64,000 nucleotides of DNA, from assembly GCF_009914755.1 (NCBI RefSeq), contig NC_060937.1; one strand, 5' to 3'. The notes below the pieces were generated by a model. The model was not told where the DNA came from. It was given only the letters and a program-made list of their open reading frames with translations, and ran no database searches. The position numbers and the translations under genes are program-made. This DNA comes from the human T2T-CHM13v2.0 reference genome, Homo sapiens. Shown here piece after piece: positions 12,959-27,257 of this stretch (the first letter of the stretch is position 1; each line of letters begins with the position of its first letter).

Positions 12959-13812
12959 CTATTTACGTGGCTGCCTATCTGCTTCCCCAAATATAAATAT
13001 CTCTAGCTGCTCTAACATTCCATTTTCCTGTGTTCTATCTTCATGCTTGTTGAAATATTCTATTACTCAATCTTTCTAATAGCAACAATTTACTACCACA
13101 AATAATGAGTAACATATACATAAGTGTAACTAATAAACAAAATTACAAAGAAATAAAATGTTTCCTTAATTTTAATACAAAGATAGCAATGTGAATTTAT
13201 TTCGCTATTATCATTAGAAGTACATATGAATTTTAAATGGAATATTCCACATTAAAAAAATCCTAAGTGAACGTAACATATTTATTTGCTATTAGGCCAG
13301 TCTCATTTACTAATTTCATTAAGGGAATACATGTATTGTTTTAATCTGAATAAATTTTCTAATATTCAAAATTTTTCTGATTGGGGCAATTTTCCATTAT
13401 ATCCAGGCTTTTCAGCAGTAATTAGAATTTTGCACTCAGTAATATGCTATGTATCAGTGCTATTTAAAAAGTGATAATCTAATAGTACTAATTCTTTTGT
13501 TGGAAAATAAGGCAGAAGAAGTATCCTATTGCTCACCAGTCCATGCTCCACATAATATGCCTGGGCACCTACCAATTTATTATCATACTTCAGCCATGCT
13601 TATCTACCCAAAGGGACCTTTTCTGGCCATGAAGCATGTAAGAACTCTTCAGTTCTCTATTAAGCTATCTTCTTGGCACCCTTTACCTATTGTCCAAATG
13701 CTTTATAAGGCCAGTTATCCTTCCTTCCCAAACATCCTTCTTGAATTTGTTCTCGTATCTTACTATCTATGGGAACCCTGCTTTCTGACTTCCACAATTC
13801 TGAATTTTGTAT

Positions 13813-13965
13813 GCATTGGTGTGATTGTAAATATTTAACAACCAGCTCTCCTAGAGAAGCAAAAGCCCCGATTCATACCATTTAATAGTTTTAATGACAG
13901 AAACGTCCACCACCATGGACAATTTCAAGCTACCAAAGTGACTTCCCTAATTAGGAGTCAGGACA
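13813..13965 (+). mobile_element. MER63-like hAT DNA transposon
   Basis: GGTGTG…GTAAATATTTAACAACCAGCTCTCC…CACCATGG…AATTTCAAGCTACCAA matches MER63. Confidence 0.7.
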
Positions 13966-14195
13966 TGTATGTTATTTAGTGCTGCCTAAAAAAACTAGTC
14001 AGCTAGTTTAACAGCTTAACAGCTTAAAAGAACACATATTTATTATATCACAGTTTCAGTTGGTCTGAAATCCAGGGTCTCTCAAAAGACTGCAGGCAAG
14101 GTGCCAGCCAGGGCTTTGGTCTCAAATGAAGGTTTAAATGAGCTAGTATACAGTTTCAAGGTCACTCACGTGGTCGTTGGAAGAATTCAGTCTTC
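13966..14195 (-). mobile_element. MLT1 (E/F-like) MaLR LTR fragment
   Basis: GCTTAAAAGAACACATATTTATTATATCACAGTTTC…GCAAGGTGCCAGCCAGGGCT…CACTCACGTGG…GAAGAATTCAGT. Confidence 0.6.
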
Positions 14196-14474
14196 TTAAC
14201 GTCATCATTTCTATGTGCGTATTGCCCACTTCATGAAATCCTCTTCCCTGGAACTCTTGCCCACCCGAGTTAAAAACTGGTCAGGCAGGGGACTTGTTCT
14301 GGCAGATCCTGTACTACCTGGACTGGGTTGTCCAACTCTCCCTCTTTATACCTAAGTCTCAGCAAGATGACAATGAGTCCAAACACCAAGGTAGAATCCC
14401 ATCCTTTTCCCCACCACATACATACACAAAAAAATATTTTCATCTCAAGGCAACTCTTTAAAACTGAAGCTATC

Positions 14475-14806
14475 TGTATTAGTCTGTTTTCACACTGCTG
14501 ATAAAGACATACCCGAGGTTTAATGGGCTTACAGTTCCACATGGCTGGGGAGGCCTCACAATCATGGTGGAAGGCAAAGAGGAGCAAGTCACATCTTACA
14601 TGGACAGCGGTAGGCAAAGAGAGCTTGTGCAGGGAAACTCCCCCTTATGAAACCTTCAGATCTCATGAGACTTATTCATTATCATGAGAACAGCATGGGA
14701 AAGACCTGCCCCCATGATTGAATTACGTCCCACTATCTTATCTCCCTCCTACAACACATGGGAATTCAAGATGAGATTTGGGTGGGGACAGAGCCAAAGC
14801 ATATCA
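14475..14806 (-). repeat. THE1B 3' LTR (carries a ~25-bp internal deletion)
   Basis: TGTATTAGTC…GGGACAGAGCCAAAGCATATCA; lacks AAGATTGGGCAATTTACAAAATAAA, which is present in the other LTR. Confidence 0.93.
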
Positions 14807-16360
14807 TTCCACCCCTGATCCCTTCCAAATCTCATGTCCTCACACTTCAAAACTGACCATGCCTTCCCAACAGTCCCCCAAAGTCTTGACTCATTTCATC
14901 ATTAAATCAAAGGTCCACAGTCCAAAGTCTCATCCAAGACAAGGCAAGTCCCTTCTGCCTATGAGCCTGTAAAATCAAAAGCAAGTTAGTTACTTCCTAG
15001 ATACAATGGAGATACAAGCATTAAGTAAATACCATTCCAAATGGGAGAAGTTGGCCAAAACAAAGGGACTGCAGGCCCCACGCAAGTCTGAGATCCAGTG
15101 AGGCAGTCAAATCTTAAAGCTCCAAAATGATCTCCTTTGACTCCACATCTCACATCCAGATCACACTGATGCAAGAGGTGGGTTCCCATGGTCTTGTGCA
15201 GCTCCACCCATGTGGCTTTGCAGGGTATAGCCTCCCTTCTGGCTGCTTTCACAGGCCGGCATTGAGAGTCCACGGCTTTTCCAGGTACACAGTGCAAACT
15301 GTCAGTAGATCTACAATTCTGTGGTCTGGAGGATGGTGACCCTCTTCTCACAGCTCCCCTAGGCAATAACCCAGTAGGGACTCTGTGTGAGGGCTCCAAC
15401 CTTACATTTCCCTTCCACACTGCCCTAGCACACGTTCTCCATGAGAGCCCCACACACGAAGCAAACTTCTGACTGGGCATCCAGGCATTCCATACATCCT
15501 CTGAAATCTAGGCGGAGGTTCCCAAACAACAATTATTGAGTTCTGTGCACTGGCAGGCTCAACACCATGTGGAAGCTGCCAAGACTTGAGGCTTGCACCC
15601 TCTGAAGTCATGGCACAAGCTCTACATTGGCCCCTTTCGGCCATGTGGAGTGGCTGGGATGCAGGGCACCAAGTACCTAAGCTGCACACAGCACGAAACC
15701 ACTTTTTCCTCCTAGGCCTCTGGCCCTGTGGTGGGAGGGGCTGCCATGAAGTTCTCTGACATGCCTGGAGACATTTTCCCCATTGTCTTGGGGATTAACA
15801 TTTGGCTCCTTGTTACCTATGCAAATTTCTTCAGGCAGCTGGAATATCTCCTCAGAAAAAGATGATGGAATTTTCTTTTCTATCGCATTGTCAGACTGCA
15901 AGTTTTCCAAACTTTTATTCTCTGTCTCCATTTTAAAACTGAACATCTTTAACAGCACCCAAGTCACCTTTTGAATGCTTTGCTGCTTAGAAATTTCTTC
16001 TGCCAGATACCCTAAATCGTCTCTCTCAAGTTCAAAATTCCACAAATCTCTAGAACAGAGGTAAAATGCTGCCAGTCTGTTTGCTAAAACATAACAAGAG
16101 TCAGCTTTGCTCCAGTTTCCAACAAGTTCCTCATCTCCATTTGAGACCACCTCAGCCTGGATTTCATTGTTTATATCATTATCAGAATTTTGGTAAAAGT
16201 GATTCAACAAGTCTCTAAGGAGTTCCAAACTCTCCCACATTTTCCTGTCTTCTTCTGAGCCCTCTGAACTGTTCCCATGCCTGCCTGTTACCCAGTTCCA
16301 AAGTTGCTTCCACATTTTCAGGTATTTTTCAGCAGCACCCTACTCCTGGTACCAATTTAC

Positions 16361-16712
16361 TGTATTAGTCCATTTTCACATTGCTGATAAAGACATACCC
16401 AAGATTGGGCAATTTACAAAATAAAGAGGTTTAATGGACTTACAGTTCCATGTGGCTGGGGAGGCCTCATAATCATGGTGGAAGGCAAGGAGGAGCAAGT
16501 TACATCTTACATGGATGGCAGTAGGCAAAGAGAGCTTGTGCAGGGAAACTCCCCCTTATAAAACCATCAGATCTCATGAGACTTATTCACTATCATGTAA
16601 ACAGCACAGGAATGACCTGCCCCCCTGATTCAGTTACCTCCCACTGGCTCCCTCCCACAACATGTGGGAATTCAAGATGAGATCTGGATGGGGACACAGC
16701 CAAACCATATCA
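16361..16712 (-). repeat. THE1B 5' LTR
   Basis: TGTATTAGTCCATTTTCAC…GGGACACAGCCAAACCATATCA, 352 bp. Confidence 0.93.
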
Positions 16713-16836
16713 CTATTGTTGGTTCTCCACATTAAATTATTTTAAATTTATTTCATTAAGTAATAGCATTGCCTAATTCAGTTCACCACTGTTAACTTTA
16801 ACTTGGCTTTTGCTTCAAGAGGCATTTATTGCATCA

Positions 16837-17167
16837 TTTTCGTTTTCTTTTTCTCTTTTTTGTATTTGTTAGAGATAGGGTCTCACACTGTCACCCAGAC
16901 TGGAGTACAGTTATGAGATTATTGCTCACTGTAGCCTGGAACTCCTGAGCTCAAGCCATCCTCCCACCTCAGACTCCCAGGTAGCTAGAACTATGGGCAT
17001 GCACCACTATCCCTGCCTCATTTTTTAATTTTTAATTTTTTTTTTGTAGAGATGATAGAGTCTCACTATGTTGCCCAGGCTGGTTTCAAACTCCTGGGCT
17101 CAAGCCATCCTTCCACCTCAGCCTCCCAAAATGCTGGGATTACAAGTGTGAACCAGCATACATGGCT
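16837..17167 (-). mobile_element. Alu SINE (AluJo/Jr-like)
   Basis: Reverse Alu dimer with GAACTCCTGGGCTCAAGCCATCC in J-type arms; T-rich tail on the left. Confidence 0.92.
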
Positions 17168-17759
17168 TTTGCTAAGTTTTTAATTTCTATATTTATTAAC
17201 ATTATTCTGAATATACACACAAGGTTGCTGGAGCAGAAGACATTATTAATTACTTATTGAAAATAATACATGTGTAGTTCTCCTGTGCCCCAATTCTTAC
17301 CTCTGGAGACATGTGTTGAAAGCTACATGTTGTCCTGCACATAGGAAATCAATATTGTAGGTGAGAAACCAAAAATACATAAATCTGGACATTTATATAA
17401 GAGAGAGACAGCTGCCTCCTCCTTTCCTGAGAATGTTTCCTTAGAAATATAGCAGAAAGGACTCTGGGTTCTAATCTTTTGGACAGTAAATAAATTTTCC
17501 AAAGGAAAGGTAAGACCAGCATATTTACAATCCAAGAGTATCTCCACAGTCTCAAGTCTCATCTCCTCTTAAAATATAAACTCATGGCTCTGCGGAGGCA
17601 AATCTTTCTGGATGGTCTCTCATTATCTACTCAGTCATAAGATAAGTTAGGCTTGTCTTATAATCTAGGTCCCAAGTTTCAGAAAAATTTGCTCAGAACT
17701 CCCTGCCTGTGCAGAAACATAAAAATATTTTCCCTACAGTCTCCCACACTTCTGTTTCT

Positions 17760-19550
17760 CTAGAACTTTCAATGCAGCATTAGCAGACTTCTCTGAATCC
17801 TCACACTCCTCTGAGTAACTCCTATACCCCTTGCCTTAACCCTAACCTGGATATTCTTTGAGGTCACTCTTTCTTCTTTAGTCTATACAAGTAAAGGATG
17901 TTCTTTTTCTCAATCTCAGCAAGGTCCCATCCATTCAGGAGATGAGGGTAAGTGTCCTTCTTGCTCTCCTGTTGCTTTCAGGTCATTTCTCCCCCTTCCT
18001 TTTTGATAAATTCGGCACTGTTGAAGTGCAAGTCATTTTAGCCATCTTACAAGTTTCCCACCTCAATCCTGCCATTTTCTTACTTCCCAACTACTTCTCT
18101 TCACTCAACAAAAGCCTTACCTTCTGGCCCACAGCCTTTCTTTCCATAGCAACTTCTGTTGTCATTCTCAATAACAGTATCATATTCTGGACTTCCAGTC
18201 CATTGATCTATTCACTAGAAACAATGTTTTCATCCCTAATCCAATTCAGTTATCTATTCTCATGAGTTTATCATGAGTAATATCATGAGTTTGTCATCAA
18301 CAAAACTATGTCACTTCCAAAATAATTCCAAACAGTCCATTCTCTGTTGACCTGTTCCTGCCTTTCCAGTTCACGTTTCATTACACCAAGTCCAATGTTA
18401 TTCCAGTTCTTCATGAACTCCAACGCACGAACTTCACAAATTTTCATCATCTATCATCTGTATGTCTTCATTTCTCTCTTTACTTAATGCATACCTAATA
18501 ATTTACCCAATCACCATCTTACCACATTCATTTGATGTTTCATCTCAAATTTAATAAGACTACAATTTCACTCATGATAGTTCCTAAACCTAGACATCCT
18601 TAGAATCCTTATCTTAATAAATGACACCATTGTACTTTAATAAATCTCAAAACCTTTCTCTATTTCCTGTATCAAGGCCATTCATTCACTAATTCAAAAA
18701 CATTTTCCAATCCACTTTTAAGCACCAGAGAAACCATAGTTCAGAATCAGAATCTAATATAAATCTCAAACCAACTCACTGCCAATGTTCGCTCTGTGGC
18801 CCAAACCTCTATTATTATTTAATCTATAATTCTGAAATAACTCCCTAACTAATCTCTGCTCTTCCACTCCTGGCCCATCCAAACCATTCTTCATGTGGCA
18901 GCTAACATGTCTTTTTACAGAACTACTGAAGACTTCTGTAGCTGTTCCTTGCACTTATAACTTCATAGACACGTGTTTCCATGAACTAAACCTGTGTAAT
19001 TTGGCCCTTGGTCACCTTTTCTCCTCAGTACACGACACTTGCTCTCTGGGTCTCTATCTAGCTCCAACTCTCTGTGCAACAGGGTACCACGGTTTTTCAG
19101 GTCTCAGAACTCAACAACCTCTTTACTTCTGCTGGTCTTTGGGCTTGCTGTTCTCTCTGAACATATTTTTCTTTATGATCTTTGCATGAATGACCACTTC
19201 CTGTCCTTCAATTCTAAGAGTAGATATTTCCTCCTCCAAAAGGCCTTTCATAAAGAATTCTTCAGCTTTCCCTATTACCCTCAATTACAGGACTTTGCTT
19301 ATTCCGTCCATTGCATTTATTGCAACATATCATTTTATTTCACGTCTATATATTTATATATATATCATTTATTTGTATAAATTCACTTTTTTGTTATTTA
19401 TTTCCTCATGGCAGCGCAAGCCTCATGCAGACAGACATAACAATATGCCATGGTTACACCTGCAGCTAATACGCCAGTAACTGCATATTAATTGGAATAT
19501 GTGGAATATGGTGACCCTAAATTCCACCAATATGTGTGGCATGAACAAAG
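17760..19550 (+). mobile_element. L2 LINE fragments (endonuclease region to 3' end)
   Basis: Pyrimidine-rich L2-like sequence (CCTTGCCTTAAC…ACCTGG, GAGATGAGGGTAAGTGTCCTTCTTGCTC, AATAACTCCCTAACTAATCTC, TATTTCCTCCTCCAAAAGGCCTTTC). Confidence 0.6.
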
Positions 19551-20049
19551 GATCTTCCTCCTTTCAAAAACCTATAATCTCCATTCAACCAATAGGAGGA
19601 CAATATATTTTTAAATGGTTTCCAGAGCTCAATAGTTTTCTGAAGTCAGCACATCTCAAAGGTAGAGCACTTTTCCACATATCCTAAAAATGATTCTTAA
19701 CTAGACAGGGCAGCAAGAGGTAATGCCCTCCTGGCCAGATATATAATTGAACTCTTCTAGGTACGTGGAAGCAGAGGCAATTTGGATAAATCCCCAAAGT
19801 CATTCTAAAACATCACCTCCTACCTTCATCCCCACACTGTCCCACTGGTGAAGAATCAAGAAATTCTAGGTAAAAATCTGACTTTGAAACTTCCTTGTTG
19901 AAAGCCCACAAATGGTTCCTTAAGATGGCGCACGTGATTTTCGATGATCAAGTCTGTGTTCGTGTTACCAGCTTCAACTCACCACTCCCTGACTCATGCT
20001 GTACTCTGCATCGATGAAAGAAAGACTGTAATCTTTCCTGCACACTGTG

Positions 20050-20052
<3 letters not shown>

Positions 20053-20082
<30 letters not shown>
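20053..20082. repeat. (AC)n microsatellite, ~15 units
   Basis: Directly visible. Confidence 0.95.
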
Positions 20083-20083
<1 letters not shown>

Positions 20084-21706
20084 ATATATATAGTATTTAT
20101 ATTTAGTTATGTTAAATTTCCAAAGGTACACAGACACACACCTTCAATAATTTAATGGTTTTGAGTGGTTGAACTTTACAATCATTGGTCATCCAAGTGA
20201 TTCAGTCTCCCAAACATTCACATGAAGAATATTTTATTCAATTAAGCCAACCCAAAGCAATGAATTTCTCAGTTACTGAAATACAAAGACTTGTATAAAC
20301 CATTGGTTCTCACCTTGTTGAGGGAGTCTGCATCCAAACTATCTGGACAGCTTTCTTCAAAATATAGCTGCACATATCCCTATTCCCGCCTCCCTCCACC
20401 TCACAGCCAGATTATATTATTCCTTAGTTATATGGGTTGGGGAAGAATAGGTATTTGAAAAACCCTCTTGGACATTCCACATTGCTCTGAGTGTTCTGCC
20501 CTAGATAAAAATGGCCAATATAGACTCAATCTTAATGGATGCTTATATATTAGAACAAGATAGAAAAAGCAAAACAAAAATTATTTTGCATCAGGAGTTG
20601 AACCTAATCAGTAATTCTGTGTATCTGGATAGCTAAGTTTTTCTTCCAGATTTGTTTACCATAAATAGCTGCACCTCTGTATCACTTGCCAAGATTAACT
20701 TATTAATTACACAAATATTTATAAAGACATCCACAGTGTGATAGCTCTGTGCTATGTGCTGGTGATACAAGCAATGAGCAAAAAGTACATAGTCCCTATA
20801 CCTAACAAGCTTCCAGTCTAGGAGGGGAGTCATGTATTAATCAAATAACCACATTGGTGATATATAATTATCAATCAAGATAGGTATAATGAGAGAAATA
20901 ATGACAGTTCTGTGAGAGGATATTTCACATATATCAGATTTATACTAGGAATCACGGGAAGCTTCCTGAAAATAATTGGGCTGTGACATTAAGGATGAAT
21001 GAGTTAACACACAAAGAAGGAAGAGGAAGGGTGTGCTCATGACAAAAACAAAACAAAACAAAAAAAAACAGTGTAGGTAAAATCTCTGTGGTGAAAGTGA
21101 GAAGTCAGGTCCCAGGTATTCAAGATTAATAGGGTGAACAGCAGAGGCCCAGGGAGAAACCAGAGGCATCATGGGTAGCAAGGGGCTAGACTATCAGGGC
21201 CTTGCTGGTCATTTTAAAGATTTTTTTTCTAAGATCAATGATATCTCATTCAGAAGACAAAATATAGAAAAATCTGTTTTGAGGCAATTCTGTATTCTTG
21301 GCAAAAGATGAGGTTAATTTGGATTATAATGGTGGTAATGGAGATAAAGGGAAGTGGATCAATTCGTGAAAGAAACACAGATTGGGCTTGATATGGCAGT
21401 TGAGGTAACAGAGGAGTCAGGGATTGCTTCCAGCTCTCCTGTTTTACAAGTAAAGTGTCATTTTTTAAACTTGGGGACAGTTTGGTGATAAAGAGTTTAA
21501 TTTTGTATCTGATAAATTTGAACTATTTTGAGTTAGTCAAGTAGCAAAATGTTAAGTTGGCAGTTAAACATTTAGGTCTGAAACTCAGAGAAGAGAATTG
21601 AGCTGGAGATATATTCAAAGATGTTCATTTTACATACAGTAATTGAAATCATAGAATGGATGAGGTTGCACAGGTAAAGAATACAGAATAAGAATAGAAG
21701 AAATCC

Positions 21707-22022
<316 letters not shown>

Positions 22023-22454
22023 CTATAATAAACCTTAAGAAATTCCAACATTGAAAAGCCACGTTAAGGAAGATGACCCTACAAGAGAGACCAGAAAAGA
22101 AGGCATAGATGCAGGAAGAAATCCAGGAGAATAATGTGCTGGAAAAGCCAAGGGAGGAGAGAGGTTTAAGGATATGATCAGCACTGTTAAATGATGCTGG
22201 ACGGTCAAACCAGAAGATAACTAAAAAGTGTCCACTGAACATAGAAACATGGAAATCTTTAGTGACTTAGTGAGAGCTTGTTTGTGGAATAATGGAGTAA
22301 AAGTTCAATTGAAATAACTTATGAGTGAAAGATGAAGAAATGCAAACAGCATGCATAGATAATTCTTTCAGAAAGCTTGACTGCAAAGAAAAAATGGGCA
22401 ATAGCTTCAGGATTTATACAATGAAGATGGTGTTTTGTTTTAATAAGAGGCATT

Positions 22455-22510
22455 CATATATATATATGTATATATATATATATGCACTCTCACACACACA
22501 CATATATACA
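22455..22510. repeat. Compound (TA)n/(CA)n microsatellite
   Basis: Directly visible. Confidence 0.85.
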
Positions 22511-23348
22511 TAACATATGACACGAAGAGAGGAGGAGCAGAGAAAAAGGAGGAGAAAGAAAGGGTATTATTGATAATGAAAGATTCCTGAGAAGATAGAT
22601 AGGGCAGCCGGAGGAGACCAAAGCACAACTGGAAGCTGTCGCTTCAGACAGGCATTCAGGGAACTTCTCTATTGTAAAAGCAGTGAGGGATAAGAGATGG
22701 GAAACAAATGCAGGTAGACTGGGACATTTGATTAGCATGGCATTTAAAGGTGAATTCTACACGTTTTGTAAAGTGGGAAGATATCTGCCAAGAAATGGAA
22801 AGATATTGGGGGAGGTTTGATGATAGTGGAGAGGAGTTGAAATAGTTTGGGCTGTGATTAGAAGAACCTAGAGGAACTTCCATGCTTCATGAAGTCCTGG
22901 GCAGGATTAGGAACCAAACTCAGGTTGTTGATCCTGAGGGGAACACCTTTTATTTCTTCAATTTCTGTTCTTCCCAAAAATTACAACCCTGTTTGCCAGC
23001 TCAAATTTGGGATCTTAATTTGTACCCCTCTTATACTATACTATATTGCTCTGTGTGGGTGTGTGTGTGTCTGTGTATTTGTGTTTATCTTCCAATAGGA
23101 TCATAGCACCTTAAGAAACTTAGCATTAATTTGCCATCCCAATATATGCTTGGTTTAACACACTATGTACAAATTCAACACTTAATAAATATTTGCTTCG
23201 AATAAATATATAGGTGTTCGTTTGAATGTAATACAGGAAACATAAAAGGTTTCTAAGGTTTTAAATCTCAAACATCAATTCCTAGATTTAGTCCCAGACA
23301 TACAAAATCTTCAATTTTATATATAATTCCAGAATGCCAAATATCTGA

Positions 23349-23725
<377 letters not shown>

Positions 23726-26063
23726 TTGAACTAGTTATTCTATACAGTGTGTGCCTGAACGCTTTTTGCAAATCTTTCTGCAAATTGTCTCTAAGGCAAT
23801 AACATCCCTGAATCAGATGTATACTTAATAAACAACCGCAAGTAAGAGCATTTTACATGGAAACGTAAATGTCTTTTTAAATATGCAGGTAGAATAAAAG
23901 GTTCAGCTATAAGATATTTTGATTTAAGTTTTATCATTGAAATTAAGGAATCTCATACTTAACCTTCAAGAGCTGCTATGCTGGTGAGTGGAAAATTATT
24001 TTTGATTACAAAACAAGCAGTTAATATGCTTTGCTTTAAAAAGATTTGCTTCAGAGACAGTGAGGTTAGCTGCTATTTTGAATTTCAAAATGAGGCCCTG
24101 ATTTCCTGTAGTGGATATTCTTGCTGACATGTCCCCGGGTTCCACAGCTATGCCTCGCTGCTCGAGTTTTGCTTCACTGTGTCCTTCTGCCCACATATTT
24201 GAGGGCTCTGTCCTCCATTTGCCATCGAGCAGCTGCCTAAGAATCCATCTGCCATCCGTCTTTCACACGTGCACCACCCAAAGGAGTCCCTCCTGCAACA
24301 CATCAAAAGTACTCCTGTGCTGAGGAACTGTCTGCATTCAAAATCCAGCAGAAAATAAGTTCAAGGGGAGACACTAAGAATACATGACTGTTTTGAAATA
24401 CCAAAAGAATTGCAAATGGAAATAACTTAACAAAAGCATGATAAGTAGAATGGCAAAATGACTAGTTATGTACACCTAATATATTAATATTCAAGGAAAA
24501 GGGGTGAAAAAAAGTAATACAACACCAAAAGGTTTTAAACGTATGAATAAAAAGTAGAAAGGTAAATTAATATATAGGGTGAGCACTTTGATTACCGAAT
24601 ACAGAAATACTTCTACTGTTAAGGGATAGAATAAATTTAAAAAATAAAAATATAAAATAGTAAACTAATTTTTTAAAAAAAGATATTCCCAACAATAATT
24701 ATTCATGATAATGCCAATATATAAAAAAGGATTTTAATATTTATGTTTCTGTATAAAGTTTCCACTGATCTATAACCTGAAAGAAATTTGGTGACAAGTA
24801 ACCAAGTCACTGTCTTCCTATTGTCTCGTAGGTCTCAATAGCCATCAGCATCACTAACACCTCATAAAATGTCCTGTGTTTTAAATGGGTGGGGAGCTCA
24901 TTTGATATACTGTTTATCCCCTTGTTATTAAAAAGAAATGGCAGAAGTGAATTTGTGCAAGGAAGGGCAAAGAGAATAAAATTTAAAAAACCAAGGCTAT
25001 TAGTCAAAAAGAATGAAAAAAAGAACCCTAAGTTCTTCAAGGAAAAGTGATTAAAAACATGACACTCAAAGGTCCAAAGAGAATAAATGATTCAAACAAG
25101 GCTAGAGTGTTAAAATATACATCTAGAAGGATTTGACACCTACATTTCTAAAGGACCTGAATGATTTTCAACAGACCTCAGGCTAAAAATTTATAATGAG
25201 AACTTCTCAGAAGCAAATACCAAGGGGAAAAAGTCAGTTGTTAATAAAAAGGAATTTGTATTTGATTTTCATTTGTTCACATTCGTTTAATTTTCCTAAA
25301 AGAATATGACTTTTAAAAGAATAAAAGAAAATAATAGTTTGTATTGACTAAATAGAATATTTCTGATCATTTTGCAAACATTGGGATATTAAAGTTCTTT
25401 ATAACTCAGTGACATTCAACAAATATCACAAAAGAAATAACAAACCAAACAATGCAAAAATAAGCAAAACTGTCTACCTATAGTCCTATATCAGATAGAC
25501 ACTGAGGAGACATGATATGAAGGCCATAGAGACAGTGTGAATTAGGAATGTCTTTACGAACATAGGGGAGAAAGTCAGAATTTCACTTACAGAAATTCAG
25601 AGGACAAGCATGAACACCTTCCCTAACTGTCTACCACCAGTTACAATATTTGAAATTCAACCAGCATTATTTCATTTTATTAATTTAAAGATATTTAGGA
25701 TTTAGTAATCATCTCTTTTAAGTCTAGAAAAGAGCATTTTATAGCAAAATAAAAGCAAAAAGTCCTGGTAAAGATCTTGACCGATAGGGCTTGTCTATTG
25801 GAGCATCTTGTAACGATGGGCCATAAGAAACCAGAGTAAGGATGGAGTTGAATGTAAAAGGAGTTCAAAAAGAAGCATTGAATATTTCCCAGTTTTACAA
25901 GGCTTGCAACATTTTCAGCTTTATAACATCTGTAGGCAAAATGGAAAAATGAGTCATTGAAGGAAAAAGGTAACTCTGTGCCTATTGAGAGGAGAATGCT
26001 AATCTCATTCCATCATTTTTCAAACTATTGTATTTCATCGAAGACACCCTTAGCATTATAGCA

Positions 26064-27257
26064 CAGTTATGCACCACATAACAATGTCTCAGTCAGTAAC
26101 AGATCTCTTGTATACCAGTGACTCATAAGATTATAACAGAGCTGAAAAGTTCCTAGATCCTAGTGAGTTGTAGCCACAGTAATGTCATAGCACAACACAT
26201 TACTCACATTTTTGTGGCAGTGCTGGTATAAACAAACCTACTGTGCTGCCAGTCATAAAAAGTTTTACACATACAATTATGTACTTGATAACAAACGACT
26301 ATGTTACAAGTTTGTATCTTTACTAAACTATATTTTATCATAATTTTAGAGTATACTCCTTCTACTTATTAAAAAAAAAAGCTAACTTGTAAAACAGTCT
26401 CAGGCAGGTCCTTCAGGAGGTATTCCAGACGAAGGCATTGTTATCATAGGAGTTGACAGCTCCATATGTGTTATTGCCCTCTAAGACCTTCTAGTGGGAC
26501 AAGATGTGGAGGTGAAAGACAGTGGTATTCATGATGCTGACCCTGTCTAGGCCTAGGCTAATGTATGAGTTTGTGTCTTAGTTTTTAACAAAAAAGTTTA
26601 AATAGTAAAAAATAAAAGACTTTAAAAAGCTTACAGAATAACGGTATGAAGAAAATATTTTTGTACAGTTATAAAATGTGTTTATATTTTAAGCTAAGTG
26701 TTATTATTAAAGAGTCCAAAAGTTTTAAAGAATTAAAAAGTTTATAAAGTAAAAACTTTACAGTAAGCTAGGGGTAACTTCTTATTGAAGAAAGAAGAAG
26801 TATTTTTATAAATTCAGTTTAGTCTAAGTATACAGTGTTTATAAAGTCTACAGTAGTGTATAGTAATGTCCTAGGCCTTCACGTTCACTCACCACTCACT
26901 CACTAACTTGCTCAGAGCAACTTCCAGTCCTGCAAGTTCCGTTCATGCTAAGTACACTACACAGGTATACCATTTTGATGTTTTATACCATATTTTTACT
27001 GTACCTTTTCTACGTTTAGATATGTTTAAATGCACACATAATTACCACTGTGTTATAATTGTCTACAATATTCAGTACAATAACATGATGTACAGGTTTG
27101 TAGCCTAGGAGTAACAGACTATACCATATAGCCTAGGTGTGTAGTAGACTATACTATCTAGGTCTGTTAAGTATGTTCTATGATGTTCACACAATGACAA
27201 AATTGCCTAATGACCATTTCTCAGAATGTATCCTTGTCTTTAAGTGATGCATGACTG
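26064..27257. mobile_element. Tigger3 (Tigger3b-like) non-autonomous TcMar DNA transposon
   Basis: TIRs CAGTTATGCACCACATAA and TTAAGTGATGCATGACTG with TA at the right end; internal CAGGCAGGTCCTTCAGGAGGTATTCCAG…GAAGGCATTGTTATCATAGGAG; ~1.2 kb. Confidence 0.88.

Larger units (their letters stand above)
14475..16712 (-). mobile_element. Complete THE1B MaLR provirus (LTR-internal-LTR)
   Basis: Two LTRs (14475-14806 and 16361-16712, TG…CA termini) flank a ~1.55-kb THE1 internal region. The internal ORF remnant 15677-16315 reads SEGSEEDRKMWESLEL…GDEELVGNWSK…RDLWNFELERDDLGYLAEEISKQQS. 5-bp TSD CTATC/CTATT. Confidence 0.95.

Noticed and set aside
14986-16315. ORFs of 164-212 aa in the THE1B interior (and 144-156 aa at 46503-47972)
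   Set aside because: These are remnants of the known MaLR internal ORF, frameshifted, not host genes.
18260-18300. Short tandem duplications (TCATGAGT x3; similar ones at ~38820, ~40510, ~50017)
   Set aside because: Ordinary replication slippage, with no regular repeat-spacer architecture, so not CRISPR-like.
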